From Candidatus Hebobacterum abditum (GTDB lineage: Bacteria; Armatimonadota; Hebobacteria; Hebobacterales; Hebobacteraceae), in contig JALGXW010000027.1 in NCBI GenBank assembly GCA_029821875.1, forward strand, positions 6,175 to 70,174: a stretch of 64,000 bases of DNA. Reading direction: 5' to 3'. The translations under genes were made by a program, and so were the position numbers. Below the pieces are notes generated by a model. That model ran no database searches. It saw only the letters and a list, made by a program, of their open reading frames with translations, and was not told the origin of the DNA. Position 1 is the stretch's first letter. Every line of letters begins with the position of its first letter. Positions 24,651-33,758 of this stretch are shown here, piece after piece.

Positions 24651-25853
24651 ATGGCGCCAGTTCGCGTTGGCCTTGTTGGCTGCGGATTCTCCGCCAGTCT
24701 TCACATCGAGGGATACAAGAAGCTCCCGCCTGAGCAGTGCCAGGTGGTGGCCGTCTGCGGCGTCCCCAAGCAGATGGCCGAGGACTTCGCGGATGAGCAT
24801 GACATTCCGGCGGCCTACGGGAGCATGGAGGAGCTGCTGGAGAAAGCGGAGGTCGACGCCGTCGATCTCGCCGTGCCCAATCATCTTCATGCGCCCTTCA
24901 TCATCGCGGCGGCCGAGGCCGGCAAGCACTGCCTCTGCGAGAAGCCGCTGACCGGCTACTTCGGCGGACCCGATACGAAGGATGACGAGCTCATCGGCAG
25001 GGCGGTGCCAAAGAGCACGATGTTGGAAGAAGCGAAGCGCGAAGTTGAGCGCGTCATAAAGGCCATCGAATCTGCCGGCATCAAGTTTGGCTACGCGGAG
25101 AACTGGCTCTATGCTCCCTCCTACGTGAAGCTGTGGAATCTGGCGAAGGCGGCCGGCGGCACGATCCTGCGCATCGAGGCCGAGGAGTCCCATTCGGGTT
25201 CACACGCGGAATACGCGAAGCGATGGCGGTCCTCCGGCGGGGGCTCTCTTATGGTGAAGGGCTCGCATCCGCTCGGCGCGGCCCTGCAGCTCAAGTGGTG
25301 GGAGGGGGAGGAGAAGTTCGGCAAGCCAATACGGGCGGCCTCGGTCGTTTGCGAGGTCGGGAACCTCACGTGGATCGATTCCTTTACGAAGGAGCCGACC
25401 CACTATGTCCGCACCGGCTGGCAGGACGTCGAGGACTGGGGCATCATCGTCGTCAGGTTCGAGGACGGGTCCGTGGCCGAAGTCAAGGCCGGGGACACGA
25501 CCCTGGGCGGAGTCCACAACTACCTTGAGGCCTACCTGTCCAACGCACGTCTGAGGGCCAACATCAACCCGAACGATTCCTGCGTGGCCTATGCGCCCGA
25601 GGGGACGATCTTCGAGCCCGAATACATCAGCGAGAAGATAGAGACGAAGGGCGGCTGGACGTTTCCGTCGCCGGACGAGGACTGGCACCAGGGCTATCCG
25701 CAGGAGATCGCGGACTTCGTGGCCGCGATCAGAGAGGACAGGCAGCCGATCTCGGGCGCCGCTCTGGCCCGCGAGGTCACCCTTGTGCTCTACGCGGCCT
25801 ATGTGAGCGCGGAGGAGGGGCGGCGCGTCGACCTCGGCCCGATTCTTGCATGA
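24651..25853 (+). CDS. Gfo/Idh/MocA family oxidoreductase (copy 1)
   Basis: VRVGLVGCGFSASLH N-terminal Rossmann motif, EKPL motif. ~75% identical to the adjacent paralog. Confidence 0.75.
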   Translation: MAPVRVGLVGCGFSASLHIEGYKKLPPEQCQVVAVCGVPKQMAEDFADEHDIPAAYGSMEELLEKAEVDAVDLAVPNHLHAPFIIAAAEAGKHCLCEKPLTGYFGGPDTKDDELIGRAVPKSTMLEEAKREVERVIKAIESAGIKFGYAENWLYAPSYVKLWNLAKAAGGTILRIEAEESHSGSHAEYAKRWRSSGGGSLMVKGSHPLGAALQLKWWEGEEKFGKPIRAASVVCEVGNLTWIDSFTKEPTHYVRTGWQDVEDWGIIVVRFEDGSVAEVKAGDTTLGGVHNYLEAYLSNARLRANINPNDSCVAYAPEGTIFEPEYISEKIETKGGWTFPSPDEDWHQGYPQEIADFVAAIREDRQPISGAALAREVTLVLYAAYVSAEEGRRVDLGPILA

Positions 25854-25889
25854 CGGCGCTGTCGGCTCGGGCGGATCGGAGGTGCTCGA

Positions 25890-27092
25890 ATGGCGAAAGT
25901 GAGGATTGGCCTGGTCGGCTACGGGAACGCCGCGCAATTCCACATGCGGGCATGGCGCCAGCTTGGTGCTGAGGTCGCCGAGGTATCCGCCGTCTGTGGG
26001 CGCTCGGCGGAGCGGGCCTCCGCCTTCGCGCAGGAGTACGGGATCCCAGAGCACTTCGGCACGATGGTGGAGATGCTGTCCGCGGCCGAGGTGGACGCCG
26101 TAGACCTCGCCGTCCCGAATCACGTTCACGCTTCCCTCTCCGTGGAGGCGGCGAAGGCCGGCAAGGACATCATCTGTGAGAAACACCTGACTGGTTACTT
26201 CGGCGAGCCCGATTCTTCGGAAGAGGAGCTGATCGGCAAGACGGTACCGAAACGCGATATGCTTGAGCGGGTGAAACAGGAATGCGATACCATCGGGCGT
26301 GCCGTCCAAGAGGCCGACGTCAAGTTCTGCTACGCAGAGAATTGGGTCTACGCGCCTGCCTTTGCGAAGCTCCGACGCCTGGCCGATGCGGCGGGCGGCA
26401 CCATCATGCGCATCCAGGCGGAGGAGTCGCATTCGGGCTCTCCGTCCGTCTACGCGAAGCAATGGCGTACGTCCGGCGGTGGTTCGCTCGTGCTGAAGGG
26501 CTCGCATCCCCTTGGCGCGGTTCTGCAGCTGAAGCAGTGGGAGGGGGAGAAGAAGTTCGGTCGGCCGATCCGCCCGGCCTCGGTGGTGTGCGAGGTGGGG
26601 AACCTGACCTGGATTGAGTCCCTCAAGCAGGAGCAGGAGCATTACATCAAGATGGACTGGAAGGACGTCGAGGACTGGGGCCTGATGATCCTCAAGTTCG
26701 ACGACGGATCGGTTGCGGAGATCACCGCCGGTGACACAACCCTGGGTGGCGTACACAACTACCTAGAGGCCTACCTGTCGAACGCCCGAATCCGCGCCAA
26801 CATAAACCCCAACGACGCCTGTGTCGCCTATGCACCCGCGCCCGAGGTCTTTGGGGACGAGTATATCACGGAGAAGATCGAGACCAAGGGTGGGTGGACG
26901 TTCCCCTCGCCAGAGGAGGACTGGAACCAGGGCTACCCGCAGGAGATGGCGGACTTCGCCGCCGCCATCTCCGAGGACCGGGAGCCGGTTTCGGGGTTCA
27001 TGCTTGCGCGCGATGTTGCTCTGGTCCTATACTCTGCTTACGTGAGCGCTGAGGAAGGGCGTCGGGTCGATCTCACCCCCGTACTCGCCTGA
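25890..27092 (+). CDS. Gfo/Idh/MocA family oxidoreductase (copy 2, tandem paralog)
   Basis: VRIGLVGYGNAAQFH, EKHL. Long collinear identity with copy 1. Confidence 0.8.
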   Translation: MAKVRIGLVGYGNAAQFHMRAWRQLGAEVAEVSAVCGRSAERASAFAQEYGIPEHFGTMVEMLSAAEVDAVDLAVPNHVHASLSVEAAKAGKDIICEKHLTGYFGEPDSSEEELIGKTVPKRDMLERVKQECDTIGRAVQEADVKFCYAENWVYAPAFAKLRRLADAAGGTIMRIQAEESHSGSPSVYAKQWRTSGGGSLVLKGSHPLGAVLQLKQWEGEKKFGRPIRPASVVCEVGNLTWIESLKQEQEHYIKMDWKDVEDWGLMILKFDDGSVAEITAGDTTLGGVHNYLEAYLSNARIRANINPNDACVAYAPAPEVFGDEYITEKIETKGGWTFPSPEEDWNQGYPQEMADFAAAISEDREPVSGFMLARDVALVLYSAYVSAEEGRRVDLTPVLA

Positions 27093-27168
27093 CACCCAGC
27101 CGGCGGCCGCCCAGGCGCGGCCTGAAGGGAAGTCCGGCAGTGGCGGAGTCGCAGTTCGCGGCCTGCGG

Positions 27169-28809
27169 TTGCCGGCGGTGGCGGGCTACCTCGCTGCGGG
27201 CCTGCTGTTGGGGCCGGGCGTTCTGGGCCTCATCCGCGATTCCGAGATCATCGCCTCCATGGCCGAGCTCGGAGTTGCGCTGCTGATGTTCGCCATCGGA
27301 ATGGAGCTGTCTCTCTCCGTGCTGACTCGGACCAAGCGGGCGACGCTCATCGCGGCTCCCCTCCAGATCCTCGCCACCGTGGCGCTGGGCTATGGCCTTG
27401 GTCGGGCGATTGGGTGGAGCGATGCCGCCTCCATCGTGCTGGGTTTCGCGCTGGCGCTCAGCAGCACCACCGTGGTGGTGAAGCTGCTCTCCGAACGAGG
27501 GGAACTGCATACCCGCCACGGACAGGCCATGGTGGCCATCTTGCTGGTGCAAGACCTGGCCGCTGTGTTGATGGTGGCGACATTCCCGCTGCTGCCCCGG
27601 GTCGGCGCGGGCGGCGGCGCCGACCTTATCGGCGCCATGGCGAGGGCGCTGGCCTTCGTGGCGGCCGTCTTCGTTCTGGCTCGCTGGGTGGCCCCGAAGG
27701 TGATGGAGGCCGTCGCCCGCAGGTACAGCCGCGAGGTCTTCATCGTGATGTCGGCGATGCTGTGCTTCGTGGGCGCGGCCGCCGCCTCTGCCATGGGGTT
27801 CTCCGTTGCGCTCGGCGCCTTCGTGGCGGGGCTGCTGATCAGCGAATCGCACTACCGCTTCCAGATACTGTCCGATGTCACGCCGCTGCGAGACCTGTTC
27901 GGGATGGTGTTCTTCGTGTCGCTGGGTCTGTTGTGGGAGATCGGCGCCCTGCTGGAGCACGGCCCATGGGCGCTGGCGCTGCTGCTAGCGGTCTTCCTCG
28001 GCAAGCCCACCATCGCCGCGTTGAGCGCGCTCGCTGCCCGCTACCATGCGCGGAGCGCTATCGCGACCGGCCTCGGGCTGGCCCAGATAGGGGAGTTCTC
28101 TTTCCTCGTGGTCACGCTGGCCTGGCGCGATGGGGTGATAGGGGATGCGGTGCATTCCATGCTCATCCCCATCGCCGGGATCAGCCTCTTCGCCAGCCCG
28201 GCGTTGATGAAGCTCGGCGGTCTGCTCTACGACCGCATGAGCGCCACCGATATCGGAGACCGGGTAATCGCCCGCCAGGAGCAGAGCCATCAGGGGCCCG
28301 CCGCGAGCCTGGAGAAGCACGCGCTCGTGTGCGGATACGGGAGGGTCGGTCGGTTCCTGGGAGAGGTGCTGCAGGATCAGGAGCAAGCGCAGGCCATCAT
28401 CGACTACGACCATAGCACCATCGCGGACCTGCGCGGGCGCGGCATGGTGGCCGTATATGGGGATGCCAGCCGCCGCAGCGTGCTGCTGGCGGGTGGGGCG
28501 GACCGCGCTCGGCTGGCGGTGATTGCACTGCCGGATGCAGCGACGGCGGTGGCTGCGGTGACCGAGCTGCGCGGCATCAACCCCGGCCTGAGGATCGTCG
28601 CCCGGGGTCACCAGCCGAGTGAGTTGAACGATCTGTTCCGCGCCGGCGCCGACCGAGTTGTCTACGCCGAATACGAGGCCGGACTCGAGATCGTGCGCCA
28701 CGCGCTGCTCCTGCTAGACCTCGGGGCTGAGGATGCCAATGGGCTCGTCGAGAGCCTGCGTGCGAGCCACTACGCGCGCTCCGCGCGCGGGGATGAGCGG
28801 CCCTCCTGA
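27169..28809 (+). CDS. CPA2-family monovalent cation:proton antiporter with C-terminal RCK/TrkA-N domain (KefB/KefC-like)
   Basis: Many TM helices, then ALVCGYGRVGRFLGEVL Rossmann (RCK). TTG start per the ORF track. Confidence 0.75.
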   Translation: MPAVAGYLAAGLLLGPGVLGLIRDSEIIASMAELGVALLMFAIGMELSLSVLTRTKRATLIAAPLQILATVALGYGLGRAIGWSDAASIVLGFALALSSTTVVVKLLSERGELHTRHGQAMVAILLVQDLAAVLMVATFPLLPRVGAGGGADLIGAMARALAFVAAVFVLARWVAPKVMEAVARRYSREVFIVMSAMLCFVGAAAASAMGFSVALGAFVAGLLISESHYRFQILSDVTPLRDLFGMVFFVSLGLLWEIGALLEHGPWALALLLAVFLGKPTIAALSALAARYHARSAIATGLGLAQIGEFSFLVVTLAWRDGVIGDAVHSMLIPIAGISLFASPALMKLGGLLYDRMSATDIGDRVIARQEQSHQGPAASLEKHALVCGYGRVGRFLGEVLQDQEQAQAIIDYDHSTIADLRGRGMVAVYGDASRRSVLLAGGADRARLAVIALPDAATAVAAVTELRGINPGLRIVARGHQPSELNDLFRAGADRVVYAEYEAGLEIVRHALLLLDLGAEDANGLVESLRASHYARSARGDERPS

Positions 28810-28815
28810 AGCAGG

Positions 28816-29904
28816 ATGCAGGCGTGCGGGAGCAGAACAAGCGCAAGCATGACACCCGCCCGAGAGAGAATTCCATTGAGGGAGCTGCGGAGGTCAGCCC
28901 GGCAGCTATGGGTCGTGCTCGCGCTGCTCTTTGTCGTCATGGCAGGAGCAGTCTTCTTCTATCTCTTCACCGAGAGCGAGCGGAGCGGCATCGAGTGGAC
29001 GGTCGTGGACTGTATGTACATGGCCGTCCTCACACTCACGACCATCGGCTTCGAGGAAGTTCATCCTCTCAGCCAAACCGGCCGCCTCTTCACGACGGCC
29101 TTCGCCATCACGGGACTTGCGCTGGTGGCTCTCGCCGTGCGCACCGCCGCCACGCTTCTCGTCGGTCAGCAACTAAGCGCCGGAGTTCAGCGCAGAAGGA
29201 GGCTGCGGGCCTTGAAGGAGATGCGGGATCACTACATCGTCTGCGGATACGGGCGGATGGGCCAAGAGACCGTCCATCAGCTCCGCCGCCGCGGCCTGCC
29301 CGTGGTCGTCATCGAGCAGGATCCGGAGGCGATTGAGCAGCTACAGGAGATGGATGTGCCGTGTGTTGAGGGCAATGCTACCCAGGACGAGCATCTCGAC
29401 GCGGCGGGAGTGGAGCGCGCACGATCTCTGATCGCGGCCGTCGCCACCGACGAGGACAACCTGTTCATCGTAATGAGCGCGCGTGTTCTCAACCCAAGTC
29501 TGTACATCGTCGCCAGGGCGAGTCGCGAGGAGACCGTGAACAAGCTGCAGCGCGCGGGCGCGAACAGCGTGCACTCGCCGTATGTGGGGGGCGGCCGTGA
29601 TCTAGCCTACGCGGCCGTTGAGCCGGGAGTCGTTCACTTCCTCGAGCAAGTCCTGCACCAGGAAGCCTTCGACGTCGACTTCCGGTCCGTCCCGCTTCCC
29701 GACGACTCGCCCGTATTGGGGAAGCCGATGCTTGGCTCGGGCGTGATGCAGGAGGGCGGGGCGATGGTCTTGGCCGTCCTCTCCAAGGACAACGAATTGC
29801 GCACGAACCCGCGCCCGAACACGACTGTCAATCAGGGCGACACATTGATCGCCATGGGGACTCGGGAGCAGATCGCGCAGCTTGAGCAGGCTGTGCGGGG
29901 GTAG
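28816..29904 (+). CDS. 2-TM K+-channel-like protein with RCK (TrkA-N + TrkA-C) domains; non-canonical selectivity filter TIGFEE
   Basis: Pore-helix/filter segment CMYMAVLTLTTIGFEEV (29041-29058 encode TIGFEE) followed by HYIVCGYGRMGQETV RCK motif. Confidence 0.7.
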   Translation: MQACGSRTSASMTPARERIPLRELRRSARQLWVVLALLFVVMAGAVFFYLFTESERSGIEWTVVDCMYMAVLTLTTIGFEEVHPLSQTGRLFTTAFAITGLALVALAVRTAATLLVGQQLSAGVQRRRRLRALKEMRDHYIVCGYGRMGQETVHQLRRRGLPVVVIEQDPEAIEQLQEMDVPCVEGNATQDEHLDAAGVERARSLIAAVATDEDNLFIVMSARVLNPSLYIVARASREETVNKLQRAGANSVHSPYVGGGRDLAYAAVEPGVVHFLEQVLHQEAFDVDFRSVPLPDDSPVLGKPMLGSGVMQEGGAMVLAVLSKDNELRTNPRPNTTVNQGDTLIAMGTREQIAQLEQAVRG

Positions 29905-29921
29905 TTTCAGGGCCGACGGGT

Positions 29922-30830
29922 TCACCGCTTCCAGGGGGGCATTTCGGGCAGGATCGCCTCGAACTCGGCAATGAGCTTCTTCTCATAGTCGCCCGCGTAC
30001 GATCCTGAGAAGAACCTGTCCAGGGCCTCCTCGTAGAACCGCTGCCACGACTCCTCTTCGGCCCCTGGCTTGATCGGGTAGAACAGGAAGCTGTTCGCGC
30101 GGGCGGCCTTCAGGTCGCCGGGCGCATCCCCGATCATGAGGGCATGATCCTTGGGATACTTCCCGGCCGCGGCGATCTCGAGGTGCTCCCTCTTGCTGCC
30201 CATCTCCTGGCCCGCGATGACGCAGCAGTGCTTCGCGATGTCGTGCTCTTTCCACTCCCGCTGCAGCGCCTCACCTGGAGTGGCCGAAACCACGATGGCA
30301 TCGGCCTGCTGGCAGATTCTCTCCAGCGACTCTCCCATGTATGGGAAGGGCGGGATCCCATGGACCATGTCACCTATGGCGGCATTGACGGCCTCGCTCC
30401 ACAACAGGGCCTGCTTCAGCACCGGGTCCTCGCCCTTCCCGACAGCCGCCTTCAGCGCCGGGTTCCCGAGCCTCGTCTCCGAGTCCACCCACCGGCGCAA
30501 GGAAGGGACCTCTGGCATCCTCACTCCGCGCCGCTGCACCTCTGCCCGGTCGGCCAAGAGGTCGAACACCATGAGCAGGGCCGGGAACCGGTTTATCCCC
30601 CGCCACTTGGAGTAGAGATTCACGAACTCGCCGGCCTCGCGGGCGTACTTCGAGACGGGCTGCAGGCCCCAGTGCTTGATGATGTTCGGGATGAAGCACT
30701 CCTTGTGCTTGATCTCCATCGTGTCGAAGGCGCAGCCATCGGAGTCGATGCCGACGAAGAACTCATGCTGGGGCTCGAAGTTCTTCAGCGGGGCTTGCGG
30801 GTCAGCGGCGGTCATAGGAGGCTCCTCCAT
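29922..30830 (-). CDS. HAD-superfamily hydrolase
   Basis: Motif I VGIDSDGCAFDT (DxD), motif IV IGDAPGD. Confidence 0.65.
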   Translation of the reverse strand: MEEPPMTAADPQAPLKNFEPQHEFFVGIDSDGCAFDTMEIKHKECFIPNIIKHWGLQPVSKYAREAGEFVNLYSKWRGINRFPALLMVFDLLADRAEVQRRGVRMPEVPSLRRWVDSETRLGNPALKAAVGKGEDPVLKQALLWSEAVNAAIGDMVHGIPPFPYMGESLERICQQADAIVVSATPGEALQREWKEHDIAKHCCVIAGQEMGSKREHLEIAAAGKYPKDHALMIGDAPGDLKAARANSFLFYPIKPGAEEESWQRFYEEALDRFFSGSYAGDYEKKLIAEFEAILPEMPPWKR

Positions 30831-30852
30831 TCAGCGTGTTCCGGCTTCCATG

Positions 30853-32430
30853 CTAGCCGGCCCGTGCGAACGGGCGGACGTGGCGCTCGATGTGGGCGCG
30901 GACTGTATCGTAGTGGATCTCCTCGTTCTCCTCCAGTGCGCGCATCAGGCGGTCCCTGAAGCGAGGCGTGCCGCCCACCTGTGCGGTGAGGACTGACCCG
31001 AAGGTGACATGGAGCACTTCCCGCGCATCAAACTGGTCGAGGACGGCAGACAGGTCGGAGTCTTTGAGTCCTTCGGGCGCGGGCACTTTACCGAGGTCGG
31101 CCGACACGTGGTAGGAGGCACGATCCTCGGGATATCGCTCGATGGCGAAGGCGAGTATCTCCCGGAAGAGAGCGGGATCGATGGTCGCGATGGCCCTCAA
31201 GGCCTCGAGGTAGCTCGTGCCCGCTGTCTTCAGGTGGACGAGATCGCCGGCGAGCCGCGCCGCGATGGGATAGATCGAGAACTTGTCGCTGCCGGAGTGA
31301 ATGCTGATCTTGTAGGGCCCGAAGTGCCGAGCGACCGCGACGTGGCTGGCGAAGCTCCTCTCGAACGCGGCTAGATCGCCGATGTAGTCGACGCCTTTCT
31401 CGAACTCGCCCACGAATCGCGGCGCCAGGCTTACCCATTCGACCCCAAGTCTCCTCAACTCGCCAGCCACGAAGACATGCTCCTCGACCGATGTCGGTGT
31501 GGCCGTCTCATCGACGGACATCTCCAGCTCGAACGGCCGGCCGCCCATCTTCGCCTTCAGATGTCGGTACATCTGCGCCGTGTGCGCGAGCGCGCGGCCG
31601 TACTTGGCTGCGGCGCGAAAGAACGCTTCTTCGTCTAGCGTGACAACGCTGTCATCGGGAAGGCGGCAGCTCTGGCCGATGAAGCGCCGGCACAGGTCCT
31701 CGGAGTTGATCCTCAATGCCGGCCAGGGCAGGGCCGCGAGCTTCTCGCTAAGGAGGGGCATGTTCGCGGCCTCGGCGGCGTTGTCTACGTGATCCCCCGG
31801 GTCGATGGTGAACATCGTGAAACCGGCCGCCACCGTCAAGTTGATGTCCTCTTTCGTCTTCAGGTGATCGGCGTCCGCGCCGAAGCCCTCCCGCCAGCCT
31901 TCCTGGAACACGCCAAAGGTGGCGCTATCCATCACCTGCTCGGGAGTGCGTCCGGTGCGCGTCATCTCGCGAATTGACTGCTGCGCGAAGAAGGGCCGCA
32001 TGTCTGACGCCCGAACGGATCGGACATGGGCGGGGGTCGCCAGGCCAAGCCGGTCCCCGGCCCCGAAGGATGGCTGCACGCCGATCAGCCGCGGCCGCGT
32101 GAACGAGAAGTGCTTCCGCAGGCCCTCGGCGTTCATATGATCGAGATAGCCGGCCTGCCCGGCCAGCTTCACGCCGTCGATCTCGGCTGACACCTGCTCC
32201 CTGCAGAAGTCCGAGACGAGATCCGGCTGCGAACCCTCCCTCCAGAGGAGGCAGAGGCGCTTCTCCGTGCCGCGGCGCGCGAGGAAGGCGACGACCCCGC
32301 CTGTTGCCGCGATGGATTGCGGATAGGGCTGCCAGCCTGTCGCCTCAGCGATCTGTCCGGCTAACTCCCCGGCTTTTGCGTCGGGAAGTGGGGGAGTTAT
32401 GTGTCGGCTTTCAAGAAGAGTGGAGAGCAT
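30853..32430 (-). CDS. Tagaturonate/fructuronate epimerase-like protein (UxaE family), 525 aa
   Basis: Length and overall pattern resemble UxaE-type hexuronate epimerases. Family assignment from memory only, so moderate confidence. Context with LarA-like, gnd, KDG genes. Confidence 0.45.
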   Translation of the reverse strand: MLSTLLESRHITPPLPDAKAGELAGQIAEATGWQPYPQSIAATGGVVAFLARRGTEKRLCLLWREGSQPDLVSDFCREQVSAEIDGVKLAGQAGYLDHMNAEGLRKHFSFTRPRLIGVQPSFGAGDRLGLATPAHVRSVRASDMRPFFAQQSIREMTRTGRTPEQVMDSATFGVFQEGWREGFGADADHLKTKEDINLTVAAGFTMFTIDPGDHVDNAAEAANMPLLSEKLAALPWPALRINSEDLCRRFIGQSCRLPDDSVVTLDEEAFFRAAAKYGRALAHTAQMYRHLKAKMGGRPFELEMSVDETATPTSVEEHVFVAGELRRLGVEWVSLAPRFVGEFEKGVDYIGDLAAFERSFASHVAVARHFGPYKISIHSGSDKFSIYPIAARLAGDLVHLKTAGTSYLEALRAIATIDPALFREILAFAIERYPEDRASYHVSADLGKVPAPEGLKDSDLSAVLDQFDAREVLHVTFGSVLTAQVGGTPRFRDRLMRALEENEEIHYDTVRAHIERHVRPFARAG

Positions 32431-32450
32431 GTACGCGCACCTGCGGTGAT

Positions 32451-33752
32451 CTACGAATCCGCGCCCTTCCCGCCCAACTCTGGCGGCGCGTTCTTCAGTC
32501 GGTACAGTATCTCGCCCCCCTTCGGAACATAGAGGACTCCCTCATCTTCGCGGTCAGCATAGTCCGCCGGGTCAATGGTCGCCGGGTCCATATACCCGAG
32601 ACTGATCTTCGCGCATGTCTCCGGGGGGATCTGGGTGGCGAGGACGACGTCGACCCGCGGCTTCTCGGCCTCGTCCTCCATACACCCGATGCCTCGCACA
32701 TGCGTGCTGTGGGCGAGCACACCCCATGGATAGTGCTGGAACCGATCCCAGTTCCGCAGGAAGTAGTCCCGCGTATGGTAGCCAACCTCCTCGAGTATGT
32801 GGCCGTGGCTGACGGAGATGTCCTTGACGTGGGGGGCATAGATGATGAGCGTGCCGCCCTCGGCCACCACCGGCTCCAGCTTGTACATGCACTTGCCCGC
32901 GGTCCAGATGTCGTCGTACATCTCCGGCGCGCAGGACAGCACGGTGTGGAATGGCCGGTCCTTGCAGACGATGTGAAGCTTCTGCGAGAGATCGGCCGCC
33001 CGTGACCAGGAGTCCTCCGGTCGGCCGAAGTACAGCCCCGCGAGGTCCTCGCCCTTCACGACAAGAGAGAGGGAAAGCTTGGGCGTCTCCACCATGGCCG
33101 CGGCGCGGTCAACAACCTTGCGCACGGGCGTCCACTTGTTGCCGATGATGACCGGATTCGTGATGACCGCGCCGAGCCAATGGAAGAAGTCGATGATCCG
33201 CTGGCCGGCGATCCCGGGGAAGAGATACTTGTTGCCTCCGGAGAAGCCAACGACCTCGTGCGGGAAGACCGGCCCGACGATGAGGAGCAGGTCATAGTCG
33301 AAGACGAGCCGATTTACCGTAATCGGCACCCCTAGTTCGAACAGCCCGTCCGTGATCTCGCCGATCTCCGCTGCGCTGATGACGCCGATCTCGGTCAGCG
33401 CCTCCGGGTCCCTCCACAGGTGATTGAGGAAGCGCGTGTTGGCGAATGTCGTCCGGCGCTCCCCGGGCGACATGTCCAGGCGGTGCAGGATCATCTCGTC
33501 CGACATCGGCGGATGTGTACCGAGGGCAATGAGACAGTCGAGCCGATCCGCCTCGGGCGACCAGGCCTCGTGAATCAGGCGGAAGAGCTGTCCGATTGGC
33601 GCGGTGCGCGTATGGTCCGGGATAATGAGGAGCACTCGCAGGCCCGCGACATCGACCTGGCCGAGCGAGTCGAGGACCGTCGAGCGGACCTGCTCGTCGG
33701 AGAGAAGCCGTTCCTCGTGGCCCGTGCCGGTTACCTGCTGCGGGAGTTCCAC
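32451..33752 (-). CDS. LarA-family (lactate racemase-like, DUF2088) nickel-pincer-dependent racemase/epimerase homolog
   Basis: N-terminal LarA domain pattern (RVLLIIPDHTRTAP ... ALGTHPPMS ... SGGNKYLFPG) and C-terminal domain. 433 aa. Confidence 0.65.
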   Translation of the reverse strand: MELPQQVTGTGHEERLLSDEQVRSTVLDSLGQVDVAGLRVLLIIPDHTRTAPIGQLFRLIHEAWSPEADRLDCLIALGTHPPMSDEMILHRLDMSPGERRTTFANTRFLNHLWRDPEALTEIGVISAAEIGEITDGLFELGVPITVNRLVFDYDLLLIVGPVFPHEVVGFSGGNKYLFPGIAGQRIIDFFHWLGAVITNPVIIGNKWTPVRKVVDRAAAMVETPKLSLSLVVKGEDLAGLYFGRPEDSWSRAADLSQKLHIVCKDRPFHTVLSCAPEMYDDIWTAGKCMYKLEPVVAEGGTLIIYAPHVKDISVSHGHILEEVGYHTRDYFLRNWDRFQHYPWGVLAHSTHVRGIGCMEDEAEKPRVDVVLATQIPPETCAKISLGYMDPATIDPADYADREDEGVLYVPKGGEILYRLKNAPPELGGKGADS

Positions 33753-33758
33753 GCGGCC

